From the IMG/VR virus record IMGVR_UViG_3300011339_000094, positions 1 to 34,911 of that record: 34,911 nucleotides of DNA. One strand, 5' to 3'. Source of the stretch: a virus (taxonomy: Duplodnaviria; Caudoviricetes). Under the pieces are notes generated by a model, which had not been told where the DNA came from, ran no database searches, and worked only from the letters and a program-made list of their open reading frames with translations. The position numbers were made by a program, and so were the translations under genes. Positions within the stretch are counted from its first letter, which is position 1. Each line of letters opens with the position of its first letter. Shown piece after piece: positions 1 to 8,285 of the stretch.

Positions 1-575
1 TCTTTGCTCACGTCGTGGTCTATGTAGATTCTAAACCCTGCCGCCTGCGCCTTACGGCAGAAGAAGATGTCCTCTCCGATGTAGCCGCGCTTATCGGTGC
101 GCCAGGGCGTCTCAAACCACGGCTCTGTCAGCTTCTCAAAGACGTTGCGCTTAATCAGCATCACGCCCATGCCGATGCTGCCGACTTCCTCAATACCGGT
201 TGAATCGGGCATGGTGTAGACCAGTTCGCGCTCGCCATCAGGGCCATACTTCTGTGCAGTCGGTCCGGTAGGAATGCGCCGGCGTGCGCAGTTGGTAGCC
301 ACGATGTCCAGGTCATGCTTTAGCAGTCGCTCCACCATGTCCTGCGGGAACGTCATGTCGGAGTCAATGAACAGGATATGCGTGCAGCCCTCGCCCATCG
401 CATCCAGCGCCAGGTCTGCACGCTGGTTCTGAATCAGAGTACCCTGCATGATTTTCAAACTCACTGCGTCTGTCGTGTTCAGCGTGTGGTAGCAGACCAT
501 ATTCACCAAGCAATAGGTGAAATTGGCGTGAACCATGTCACGTGCTGGGGTGCAGACTGCAATGTAGTTATTCAT
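1..575 (-). CDS. GT-A fold glycosyltransferase, partial allelic copy of 33825-34502 (3' end cut by the window edge)
   Basis: Same reading frame as 33825-34502, with a few substitutions (FRIY vs YKIW, MPDS vs MPES). Confidence 0.85.
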   Translation of the reverse strand, partial: MNNYIAVCTPARDMVHANFTYCLVNMVCYHTLNTTDAVSLKIMQGTLIQNQRADLALDAMGEGCTHILFIDSDMTFPQDMVERLLKHDLDIVATNCARRRIPTGPTAQKYGPDGERELVYTMPDSTGIEEVGSIGMGVMLIKRNVFEKLTEPWFETPWRTDKRGYIGEDIFFCRKAQAAGFRIYIDHDVSK

Positions 576-886
576 ACTTGTCCAGGTCTCGTTCTGAAAA
601 ATCTGTTGTCGGGGTCGTTAAGCCAGCGTTTCATGTACGCCTGGTCATCTAACTTACCCTCGGCCTTGAGTTGGTAGTAAACAGCCTCTGGGATGCTGGC
701 AACGTGATGCCACTCGCCTTTCCAGTTTGCGCGTTCATCTACTCGGTTGAAATCTGCCTTGTTTGCTTCAACAACTGCTGTGACATCCTGCTGAGTCTGA
801 ATTGTTGCCTGGCCGGTTTCATCGTTGTAATGCCAAAATCGGGTGATACCCGCTTCCTTGTTCTCGTCAAATACTTGATTGTTCAT
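572..886 (-). CDS. Phage hypothetical protein downstream of the major capsid gene
   Basis: 104-aa ORF, ATGA overlap with the GT gene; conserved in the second copy with only 2 aa changes. Confidence 0.85.
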   Translation of the reverse strand: MNNQVFDENKEAGITRFWHYNDETGQATIQTQQDVTAVVEANKADFNRVDERANWKGEWHHVASIPEAVYYQLKAEGKLDDQAYMKRWLNDPDNRFFRTRPGQV

Positions 887-891
887 GCGTT

Positions 892-922
892 AAAAAAGGG
901 ACCAGGTTGCCCTGATCCCTTC
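892..922 (-). terminator. Rho-independent terminator after the major capsid gene
   Basis: Minus strand GGGATCAGG-GCAA-CCTGGTCCC followed by T6. Confidence 0.85.
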
Positions 923-929
923 CACTTGA

Positions 930-1892
930 TTACGACGTAACCAGGTCAGCAGCCAGACCGTGGGCATTCTCGGCCAGCACCTTGTGACCCCACTCCACCA
1001 GCAACATACGTTTCTCAGCGTCGCCGGTCTTAGCGAGTTCAATTTGCTGGTAGGGACGCAGCATAACCATCTTGGCGTACTCAGGGTCCAACACCCAGGC
1101 GTCGCGCTCACGTTGGAAACGGTTTGGGATAACGCTGACGGTTCCAAAGTCGCTGACGTAGAGATCAACCGCGCCGATCAATGTCGCAGGCTTCTCACCG
1201 CCGTTGATGTTGAAACGGCTGGATGCAATACCTGCAAATCCGCTGACGCGCTGCTTGTTAACAGGGCCGGTCATCAGTATCTTAGGAGTGCCGCCAGCAG
1301 CCCACACTTGCTGAATCACATTTTTCAGAATGGTCTCAGTAAAGGTGCGGACGTTGCCGTCAGTGCGTGCGCTGGATGGCAGCGTGGTGTACGACGGATT
1401 CACGCCGTTGGTCTGCATATCCACGTTGGTCTTGACCCACGCGCCCAGAGATGCAGTACCGCGTGCGGTGCTGGTGCTACCAGCAGCAGCCACCGCGCCG
1501 TTCAGCATGGTGAACTCTTGGTCGCGCTTCAGTTCGGCGCTACGCTTGGCGATCTGGTAAGCCAGTTCGCTGCGACGGCCAGCCTTGTTGACCACCTCTT
1601 CAGTCGCGGACAAGATGATGGTCTTGCGCGAAATCTGAGCGTAGTTTTGCAGGCGAACGGTTGCGGTAACAGCGTCAAAAGAGGCGACGTCGTCACCCTC
1701 AATCTGCTTGTTGGCCGCTGCTGCCGCCAGGGTATCGCTTTGGAATTCAAACAGGGAGTTGCTAACCGATTCGCGTCCGATGTTACTCATGTAAGGAGTT
1801 TCTTCGGGTGCGATATTGGTGATGATGTTGGAAAGATCTTCACGAATACCTTTGGCGTCAAAGGTCGTGAAAGTGTTAGTTACGATTGCCAT
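930..1892 (-). CDS. Major capsid protein (DUF5309/SU10-like, HK97 fold)
   Basis: 320 aa; N-terminal GIREDLSNIITNIAPEETPY and NYAQISRK motifs; follows the scaffold gene, precedes a terminator. Confidence 0.9.
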   Translation of the reverse strand: MAIVTNTFTTFDAKGIREDLSNIITNIAPEETPYMSNIGRESVSNSLFEFQSDTLAAAAANKQIEGDDVASFDAVTATVRLQNYAQISRKTIILSATEEVVNKAGRRSELAYQIAKRSAELKRDQEFTMLNGAVAAAGSTSTARGTASLGAWVKTNVDMQTNGVNPSYTTLPSSARTDGNVRTFTETILKNVIQQVWAAGGTPKILMTGPVNKQRVSGFAGIASSRFNINGGEKPATLIGAVDLYVSDFGTVSVIPNRFQRERDAWVLDPEYAKMVMLRPYQQIELAKTGDAEKRMLLVEWGHKVLAENAHGLAADLVTS

Positions 1893-1899
1893 GATTTAC

Positions 1900-2856
1900 T
1901 CACTTTAATAAAAGTTCAATTGCGGAGACCGCGTCTTGTACGCGGCCACTTTTTGCAAGACGTTGTTTTGCACGCGTTGACTCGCTTGTTGTGGAGACTC
2001 GACCCGCTGCACCTGGCTTGGCTGGTCTTGGGCCATTGTTGACTACCGGCTTGATGTTGCCCCGCTTGGACATCATCTGCTCGTACAGTGCCGCTTTACG
2101 CAACACGTTCACGACGCGGTGGTCAAAAATGTTCTTCAGTTCTTCTGGCTGGAATCCTGCCTTCTGGCCGAATTCGATGAGTAGCGCCTTCTCTGCCTTG
2201 GCCTTTGCTGGGTCTTTCCACTCGGGTAGGACTTCCATCAATTTGTCTTGCTCTTGAGCAAGAAATGCCTGCATAGACTGCGCCTGTTCTGCGCGTGAGA
2301 TTTCTGCAAGACGCTGCTGTTCGCTCTGAATAGCCGCGTACTTGGTCTGGTTCTCTCGCACCAACTCCTTCTGCCTCACCCACTCGATGGGGTCCTCTTG
2401 GTAGAGGCGGTCCCAATCGATCTGAGGCTCTGCTGCCTGCTGAACCTGTTGCTCCAATGCTCCTAACAATTGAGCGTACTGCGCACGCTCGGCGCGGATG
2501 GCCTGGCTCTCTTGCTCGACTTGCTTGCGCACCTCGGCAATCTGCTGGGTCTTCCGCGTGTAGTCTTGAGTGCGTGAGTAACCTTGTTGGAGTTCGTCAA
2601 GCGTTACAGAAACTTCCTTACCGTCTACCTTGACGGTGAAAGTCTGCGGCTCTTCGCTCTCCTCTGATTCCTCATCTTCCTCTGACTGTTCGGTAGGCGT
2701 TTCATCGTCCGATGCGTCTGCATCACCGGAAAATTCTTCATCCACCGCCGCCTCAGTTTCCTGAGATAACGCCTCGTCGGTTGACTTTTCTCCCTCGTCG
2801 GGAAGTATGGCCGTGAGTGCCTGGACTGCTGCGTCCATATTGAGTGATTCTGTCAT
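1900..2856 (-). CDS. Capsid scaffolding protein
   Basis: Acidic N-terminus, FTVKVDGKEVSVTLDEL..GYSRTQDYTRKTQ motif, coiled coil; lies between portal and capsid genes. Confidence 0.88.
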   Translation of the reverse strand: MTESLNMDAAVQALTAILPDEGEKSTDEALSQETEAAVDEEFSGDADASDDETPTEQSEEDEESEESEEPQTFTVKVDGKEVSVTLDELQQGYSRTQDYTRKTQQIAEVRKQVEQESQAIRAERAQYAQLLGALEQQVQQAAEPQIDWDRLYQEDPIEWVRQKELVRENQTKYAAIQSEQQRLAEISRAEQAQSMQAFLAQEQDKLMEVLPEWKDPAKAKAEKALLIEFGQKAGFQPEELKNIFDHRVVNVLRKAALYEQMMSKRGNIKPVVNNGPRPAKPGAAGRVSTTSESTRAKQRLAKSGRVQDAVSAIELLLK

Positions 2857-3104
2857 TTGCTAACCCGTTCCAGCGCACGCTGCGCCACTTTTGCGTTGTC
2901 GATGGTCTTTGTGAGTTCACCTTTGAGGTTGTCTATTGCCCTCAACATGGACCAGGCCATCTCGCGTTTCGCGGTTTCTTCGGGTTTGCTGCTCTTGAAA
3001 ATCCAGAGTTGCTCGTTCTCAATCTTGGTCAATGCCGTGTTGAACGTCTCGTCCTCTAAGAGTTCCTGCGCCTTGCGGCCAGAGCGAATTACTTGATCTG
3101 TCAT
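2853..3104 (-). CDS. Small conserved protein between portal and scaffold
   Basis: 83-aa helical ORF with ATGA overlaps on both sides. Confidence 0.8.
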   Translation of the reverse strand: MTDQVIRSGRKAQELLEDETFNTALTKIENEQLWIFKSSKPEETAKREMAWSMLRAIDNLKGELTKTIDNAKVAQRALERVSK

Positions 3105-5224
3105 GCCATTCCAGGTTGGTTGATGGTTGCCTCTCGATTCATGCTGGTTACGGCTTGAATCTCAGCGTTGCTTATTTGTGCGTTGTACTTTAACTCAATT
3201 TCGTATTTCTTTAGTAGTCCATCCTGCGCCAACTGGTCGCGCCGGAAGTCATCGTCGCGGATCATCTGTTCGCGCTTTAGTTCCAACTCGGCTGCCTTCT
3301 TCTGGATGTCTGCCTCGATGGACTTCGCCTGTACCTCGGCCAGCACCTCCTCGGGTGTCGGCTTTGGTGGTGGTGCTGGTGGCGGCTGGTAGTCGGCAGG
3401 GATGTCGTTGAAGAACTGGCTGGAGTCCTTGAACCCGCTGAGTTCCACGATCTTGCGCAGGGTGCTGGCGTACATGGACGGGCTTACCAGTGGGTTCTGA
3501 GCGCCGAGTTGCGTCAGTGCCTCCTGCTGCTTGGCGCTGATCATCATCAGAGCCTGGAGGCGCTCGTTGGTGTCGCCGTTGCCCAGCCCGATGTTGATGC
3601 TCACGTCCATGTTGGCGTTCCAGGCGCGTGGGTCAATCTCCACAAACTGGTCGCGCAGGCGAATCATGCGGGGCTTGTCCTGGTGGGTCACCATCAGGAA
3701 CAGGATACCCTTAAACAGCTTCTTCATGCCTTCGGCCATCATCCGCGCCGTGAGTTCGATGCGGCCCTGTGACGCGCTGATGGTGGCGTTGACTGCTGCC
3801 TTGGTGCTGGACTGCAAGGCGTCGGCGTTCAGACCCATTGCGGCCTTGCTCATGCCTGTGCGGTCTTCCTTGATTTGGTCGATGTAGTCCAGCATCGGGA
3901 AAGCTGCCTGCCCGACAAACGGGCTGGAGAACGGTTGCACCATGCCAGGGGCACGCATACGAATGATGGCTCCGGTCTCGTTGTTCAGCACGTCATCCAT
4001 GTTGACCTGGCCCTCGACTACGGCAGTGCGTGGGTGGATGGACTGCGCCAGGGAGTCCAGCGTGTTGCGCAGGATTTCGGACTTGATCTCCTGGATGTCG
4101 TGCGTGATGTCGAAAATGGACATCGCCTCGATGGGGGACGTGTGTGGCTCGGGGTCGCAGGGGAAGTCCACGAACGGGATGTAGGACGCAGGCAGATTCC
4201 GCACGACCTTGTAGCCGGAACCCATGCAGCAGATTTTCCGCAACTCGGGAATGCCATCGCCGTCGTAGTCGATGCGCTCGTACGCCTCGATGTACAGGAC
4301 GCGGCGCTGCATAGGGTTGGCGCTGTCGGTCTGGCCGACTGCTGTCGCCAGCGGCTGGCGTGCCAAATACTCCTCGTTATCGTCCAGGTCAGAGGCGGTG
4401 ACATTGTCCAGCACCTCGTCCTCGTCGTAGCCCATCGCAATCAGTTCAGCGACAGTCGCCATCTTCCGGTGCGCGATCAGGCTGCAATCGTCAAAAGAAC
4501 GCGCTCGGCGGTCAATCAGCAATTCTTCGGGTGGCACTGCCATGATCTTGATGCGCCCGTCCTTGGTCACGCGCTTGAGTTGCACGTCGTGCAGCATGGG
4601 AGGCGGTGGGGGCGGCAGCATCTGACCCGTCATAGGGTCAATCATTGGCTGCATGGGTGGCGCGTCGGGGTCGGGGTAGCTGACAATAATCTTGACCTCG
4701 GCCTGCTCCTGCATCAGTATTTGCAGGGTCTGCTCATCCAGGCCGGTGAAGTCGGTGATCTCCACCTTTTCGGAGTCCTCCCACCAGAACTTCGCAATCC
4801 CGCACTTGCGCACCAGCGAGTCCTTGAAGATGGCGTAGGTGGTCATAAAACCGTTGTTGTCACGGTTGAACACGAAATTCGCGTAGTCGGTTGCCTGCTT
4901 GGCGTGTTCCACGTCTGCCGGGGTCTCTGGGACGTACTCGACGGTGTTCTCGCTGGAGAAAAACACCCGCATCAGGCTTGGCATCATGGCGCTGACAGTG
5001 TCGCGCACCTCCATCGCCACCACCTGGGAACGCCCATCTTCCTCATTCCCGAACGGGTCGCCACGGTAGTAGGCGGTCCCCATCGCTCGGATGGGAGATA
5101 TATCGGAATCGATGTAGCTGACAGCGTCTGTCAGGTCTTGCCCGATGATCGCCTCCAGTTCGGTATCGTCCATTGGCTCCTGCGCCGCCACGTCGGTGGT
5201 CACTGGCATATCGTTCATGTTCAT
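3101..5224 (-). CDS. Portal protein (P22-like, long C-terminal coiled coil)
   Basis: 707 aa; YYRGDPFGNEEDGRSQVV, VPPEELLID and DYDGDGIPE motifs; position between terminase and scaffold. Confidence 0.92.
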   Translation of the reverse strand: MNMNDMPVTTDVAAQEPMDDTELEAIIGQDLTDAVSYIDSDISPIRAMGTAYYRGDPFGNEEDGRSQVVAMEVRDTVSAMMPSLMRVFFSSENTVEYVPETPADVEHAKQATDYANFVFNRDNNGFMTTYAIFKDSLVRKCGIAKFWWEDSEKVEITDFTGLDEQTLQILMQEQAEVKIIVSYPDPDAPPMQPMIDPMTGQMLPPPPPPMLHDVQLKRVTKDGRIKIMAVPPEELLIDRRARSFDDCSLIAHRKMATVAELIAMGYDEDEVLDNVTASDLDDNEEYLARQPLATAVGQTDSANPMQRRVLYIEAYERIDYDGDGIPELRKICCMGSGYKVVRNLPASYIPFVDFPCDPEPHTSPIEAMSIFDITHDIQEIKSEILRNTLDSLAQSIHPRTAVVEGQVNMDDVLNNETGAIIRMRAPGMVQPFSSPFVGQAAFPMLDYIDQIKEDRTGMSKAAMGLNADALQSSTKAAVNATISASQGRIELTARMMAEGMKKLFKGILFLMVTHQDKPRMIRLRDQFVEIDPRAWNANMDVSINIGLGNGDTNERLQALMMISAKQQEALTQLGAQNPLVSPSMYASTLRKIVELSGFKDSSQFFNDIPADYQPPPAPPPKPTPEEVLAEVQAKSIEADIQKKAAELELKREQMIRDDDFRRDQLAQDGLLKKYEIELKYNAQISNAEIQAVTSMNREATINQPGMA

Positions 5225-5757
5225 ACGGGTATCTTTCTAAGTACGACGTACATACTGTCAACCGCCCGAGGCGTGCGCAGCAACTCGTCTAGTCCCAATT
5301 CTAGGGTTTTCCCATACTCGGACAGCTTATAGTCCAGGTGCGTCACGTCAAACCGGTGATCCTTCCAGCCTAAGTACCAGTGCCAGCCGCAGTAGTACAC
5401 CCAGGAATTCTCGTTGAATGCTCGGACGTGCGTCGGGTCCTGCCAAGCGCCTAGGCTCAACTCGTACGGCACGACGATGTGCATTTCACCGCCATCGGCC
5501 AACAGGTCGCGGCAGTTGGTCATCGCCTTGACTAGGTTCGGTATGTGCTCCAAGACATCGAAAGCAATGATGCGCTCAAAGCCTCCGCGCTTGATTGGAA
5601 CAAACTGGTTCTTCCAGCGGACAACGCCGCCAATGTGCATATCGGAAATGTCCACCACCCAATCTGCGCCTACATCTGGCCGGATGTCGGCGTTGAGGCA
5701 GTCATCTCTGCGGTCCTTACCGGACCCCAGGTTAAGAGTTAAACCAGCGTTGGACAT
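5221..5757 (-). CDS. Class I SAM-dependent methyltransferase (type 11-like)
   Basis: LNLGSG motif I, FDVLEHI, GGEMHIVVP, AWQDPTHVRAF. Confidence 0.85.
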   Translation of the reverse strand: MSNAGLTLNLGSGKDRRDDCLNADIRPDVGADWVVDISDMHIGGVVRWKNQFVPIKRGGFERIIAFDVLEHIPNLVKAMTNCRDLLADGGEMHIVVPYELSLGAWQDPTHVRAFNENSWVYYCGWHWYLGWKDHRFDVTHLDYKLSEYGKTLELGLDELLRTPRAVDSMYVVLRKIPV

Positions 5758-6424
5758 ACTTTGGTCGGTGTTTCATGAGCCAGGGCAGCGCCTGGTTGGT
5801 TAGCATCTCGGCGTTCACGCCAACAGTCTGACTTCCGACGTGGTGGACATAGGACGCGCTCACATAATTCTCGTACCCGAGTGCCTCTAGGTCGCTGCAT
5901 TGCACGTCATCCGAGTACCAATTCAGGGGTGGAAATGGGCTTCCACCAAAGGCTTCGGAGTTAATCCAGGCGAATATGGGCGAAATGACATCGGCACGCC
6001 GAATCTTCGACTCTGACGTGAATCGGCACATATCAAACGCCTCACCCTCGGGGTTCCAGCGAATGTTCTGCACCGGACGCGCCCAATCGCACCTAGAGGC
6101 CATCCAACCAGGGTTCAGACCCATGTCTTTGACAATCTGAACGTCATCCATCAGGACGCGGTAGCTTGACGGGGTCAGGACAATATCGTCGTTCGCCACC
6201 ACGACAGAGTCGAAATCCTTGAGTGCGCACTTGATGATGTCGTTGTAGTCCTCGCCGAAATTTCTCGGTGTCCCGATCATCTTCACGTCGGCGTCAAACC
6301 GGTCCAGGACCGAGGCCGGACCGCGCAAGTACACCGGAATCTCTGGGCAGTACTCGCGGATAGACGCCAGCATCACCGCCAGGTTCTTGCCGTGGACGGT
6401 GCTGATGGCAATCGGGCTTATCAC
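5732..6424 (-). CDS. GT2-like glycosyltransferase (GTG start at 6424)
   Basis: VVVANDDIVL metal-binding motif, WYSDD, YVHHVGSQT; the GTG overlaps the upstream stop (GTGA). Confidence 0.75.
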   Translation of the reverse strand: MISPIAISTVHGKNLAVMLASIREYCPEIPVYLRGPASVLDRFDADVKMIGTPRNFGEDYNDIIKCALKDFDSVVVANDDIVLTPSSYRVLMDDVQIVKDMGLNPGWMASRCDWARPVQNIRWNPEGEAFDMCRFTSESKIRRADVISPIFAWINSEAFGGSPFPPLNWYSDDVQCSDLEALGYENYVSASYVHHVGSQTVGVNAEMLTNQALPWLMKHRPKYVQRWFNS

Positions 6425-6711
6425 TTGGCCTTGTTCCTTGCGGATATGGCCTTCGCCTTGGACTTGGCGTCTGCCTTGGATGATGCGCCCCAAGCGTTCA
6501 GGCTCAGCAAGAGCCTGGTCGGCTTCCCGTCCTTCATCTCAGGTCCAGGCATACCACCCATCCGCGCTAGGAATGACGCCCGACGCGGGTTATCTCCGGA
6601 CTTCACCGGAGGCTTTAGGTTCATCCCTTCAGCTTTGGCGCTGGCGCGACCCTTGGCGTTCAACCCGCCAGTGGCCGACTTACCCTCCTTGCGCGTCCAG
6701 GCCGCCGTCAT
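6421..6711 (-). CDS. Small basic phage protein (DUF6321-like)
   Basis: AWTRKEGK..GGLNAKGRAS and RRASFLARM motifs; Lys/Arg rich; translationally coupled. Confidence 0.8.
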   Translation of the reverse strand: MTAAWTRKEGKSATGGLNAKGRASAKAEGMNLKPPVKSGDNPRRASFLARMGGMPGPEMKDGKPTRLLLSLNAWGASSKADAKSKAKAISARNKAK

Positions 6712-6863
6712 TTCTTCTTGGCTGGCTTGGCCGTCTTAGCCGCCTTGCGGAAGTCGGCTGCGCTGGGCGCTGCCTTGCTTCCTACCTTGTTCATCTTCTC
6801 ACCGGAGCCAGCCGCGATCCGCTTCTGCTTGGCGTTGATTGCCGCATAGAGTCCAGGTTTCAT
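6708..6863 (-). CDS. 51-aa Lys/Ala-rich protein MKPGLYAAINAKQKRIAAGSGEKMNKVGSKAAPSAADFRKAAKTAKPAKKK (not in the ORF track)
   Basis: Translated by hand; ATGA overlaps at both ends. Confidence 0.8.
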   Translation of the reverse strand: MKPGLYAAINAKQKRIAAGSGEKMNKVGSKAAPSAADFRKAAKTAKPAKKK

Positions 6864-7444
6864 GACTTAGTCCTTTCTAATTTCATTTGTTCAATTTTCC
6901 ATCTTTTAGAACCGACAACTCTTTGACCTTTATTCCAAGGAATTTTTCCTTTTCTACCAATGCATTCATAGGAAAGTCCTTTATTCCAAGGCTCTTTACC
7001 TTTAAATGCTTTGGAGACTTTTTCTGCTCGTATTCTTTTTATTTCTTCTTTTTCTTCTTGTGTTTTTACAATTTCTGGCTTTTTATTTCCCTTGTTATGA
7101 GGTGCTTTTCCTTTTCTTTGCTCAGACCAAATTTTCCTAGTTTCCTCACTTGGCTTCCATCCAGACCTTCCTTGACCACCAGTCGTTAAATTACAGATTG
7201 GAATTCCAAGTTTTTTCAACTTGTCTATGTATTCCTGTTCTGCAAGCAAAGACAAATCTTCGTCAACATTGGAGACAATTTCTTCAGCAGTAAATCCACC
7301 AGCCTCGTTAACTATTCCATGCCAGCGGCTGTTTCTGTTCTGAGTTTTTAATTTCCTGTAAGGATTAGATGCTTTACCAACATAGAAAATTTGACCATTG
7401 TCGGCCCTTCTATGTTGGTAAATTGAGCAACCTTCAGTCTTCAT
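6860..7444 (-). CDS. Free-standing GIY-YIG-type homing endonuclease with NUMOD3-like repeats
   Basis: IYQH..FYVGK, AEQEYI, NLTTGGQG, SEETRKIWSE and PHNKG/PWNKG x3; strongly AT-rich relative to the flanks. Confidence 0.85.
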   Translation of the reverse strand: MKTEGCSIYQHRRADNGQIFYVGKASNPYRKLKTQNRNSRWHGIVNEAGGFTAEEIVSNVDEDLSLLAEQEYIDKLKKLGIPICNLTTGGQGRSGWKPSEETRKIWSEQRKGKAPHNKGNKKPEIVKTQEEKEEIKRIRAEKVSKAFKGKEPWNKGLSYECIGRKGKIPWNKGQRVVGSKRWKIEQMKLERTKS

Positions 7445-7922
7445 CTGCTTGATTCATTTCATCCAAAGATTCATCCTCGTCTTGATTTTCACCCGTATTT
7501 GGGCCACCCACGACCCAAGCCCGACAAGTACGATTCGCGGCACATTTGAAATCGAAAATCTCGCAATAGCCGAGGTCAGCGAGTCGTATAGTTCCCCAAG
7601 GGTCTGCTTCATTTCCAATTCCTTTAGCAATGCACTGCTTGATCGAGTCCTGCACGTTAAACGCCGCGCAGTTACCGCATACGCTCTTCTTCGCGTCATC
7701 GATACTCACGTCCCAGGTATCAGCCTTCTTCTTCCAGTAGGCCGTGTTAGGCAGCGCGGGATTCTCAGGTCCATAAGCGGCAGTGGTAATCGCCTTCGCC
7801 CGATTCTTCAGGTTCAGCACCACGTCCTGGGTAGGCATAGGGCACTTCGCCACCTCCTTGGCAGGCGTCATCATCTGATTCATCGCCGCCTGGTACTTGG
7901 CGGGTACGTCACGTGTAGCCAT
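7434..7922 (-). CDS. Cys-rich hypothetical protein (CxxC...GYC..F...C..W)
   Basis: 162 aa; TAATG coupling to the upstream gene. Confidence 0.8.
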   Translation of the reverse strand: MATRDVPAKYQAAMNQMMTPAKEVAKCPMPTQDVVLNLKNRAKAITTAAYGPENPALPNTAYWKKKADTWDVSIDDAKKSVCGNCAAFNVQDSIKQCIAKGIGNEADPWGTIRLADLGYCEIFDFKCAANRTCRAWVVGGPNTGENQDEDESLDEMNQADED

Positions 7923-8086
7923 TACATCTTCCCCTTCGGCTTGGACTTGCCAGCCTCAGACAGCGCGATAGCAATCGCCTGCTTGGGATTCTTCACCACG
8001 CGCTTGGTCATACCCGAGTGCAGCTTGCCAGACTTGTACTCGCCCATCACCTTCGCAATCTTCTTCGCGGCCTTGTCAATCTTCAT
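7922..8086 (-). CDS. 54-aa basic protein MKIDKAAKKIAKVMGEYKSGKLHSGMTKRVVKNPKQAIAIALSEAGKSKPKGKM (DUF6496-like; not in the ORF track)
   Basis: AAGGAG RBS; KVMGEYKSGKLHSG...KQAIAIALSEAG motif. Confidence 0.85.
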   Translation of the reverse strand: MKIDKAAKKIAKVMGEYKSGKLHSGMTKRVVKNPKQAIAIALSEAGKSKPKGKM

Positions 8087-8104
8087 AGATCACTCCTTCA
8101 GAAA

Positions 8105-8275
8105 TAGGTTGTTGGTCGGCGGCTCGGTGCACTTTCAATGAGCGCCCTGCTGAAAGGTTCTTCGGCTCATGACCCGTTACAAATTCAGTTTTCACCAACA
8201 CGGCTGGAGACTGAAGCTAACCGACTTTCAAGGGTACGGCGCTGGCATTGTCACAATCCCCATGCGTGTTAGCGC
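8105..8275 (-). ncRNA. Candidate structured intergenic RNA / leader
   Basis: Long-range stem between 8197-8213 and 8254-8270, plus an alternative pairing of 8110-8116 with 8194-8200. Confidence 0.4.
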
Positions 8276-8285
8276 ATAGGCGCAA

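Larger units (their letters stand above)
1..984. repeat. Left copy of diverged terminal overlap (matches 33928-34911)
   Basis: Colinear, ungapped match at offset 33927 (ORF 572-886 vs 34499-34813); mostly synonymous substitutions. Confidence 0.95.

Noticed and set aside
3875-5332. Long plus-strand ORFs (also 960-2042, 10401-11294, 18538-19347, 31743-32516)
   Set aside because: Antisense shadows of genuine minus-strand genes; no RBS or recognisable motifs
8105-8275. tRNA in the intergenic gap
   Set aside because: No T-loop (GTTC) or D-loop in cloverleaf spacing, and no suitable acceptor stem
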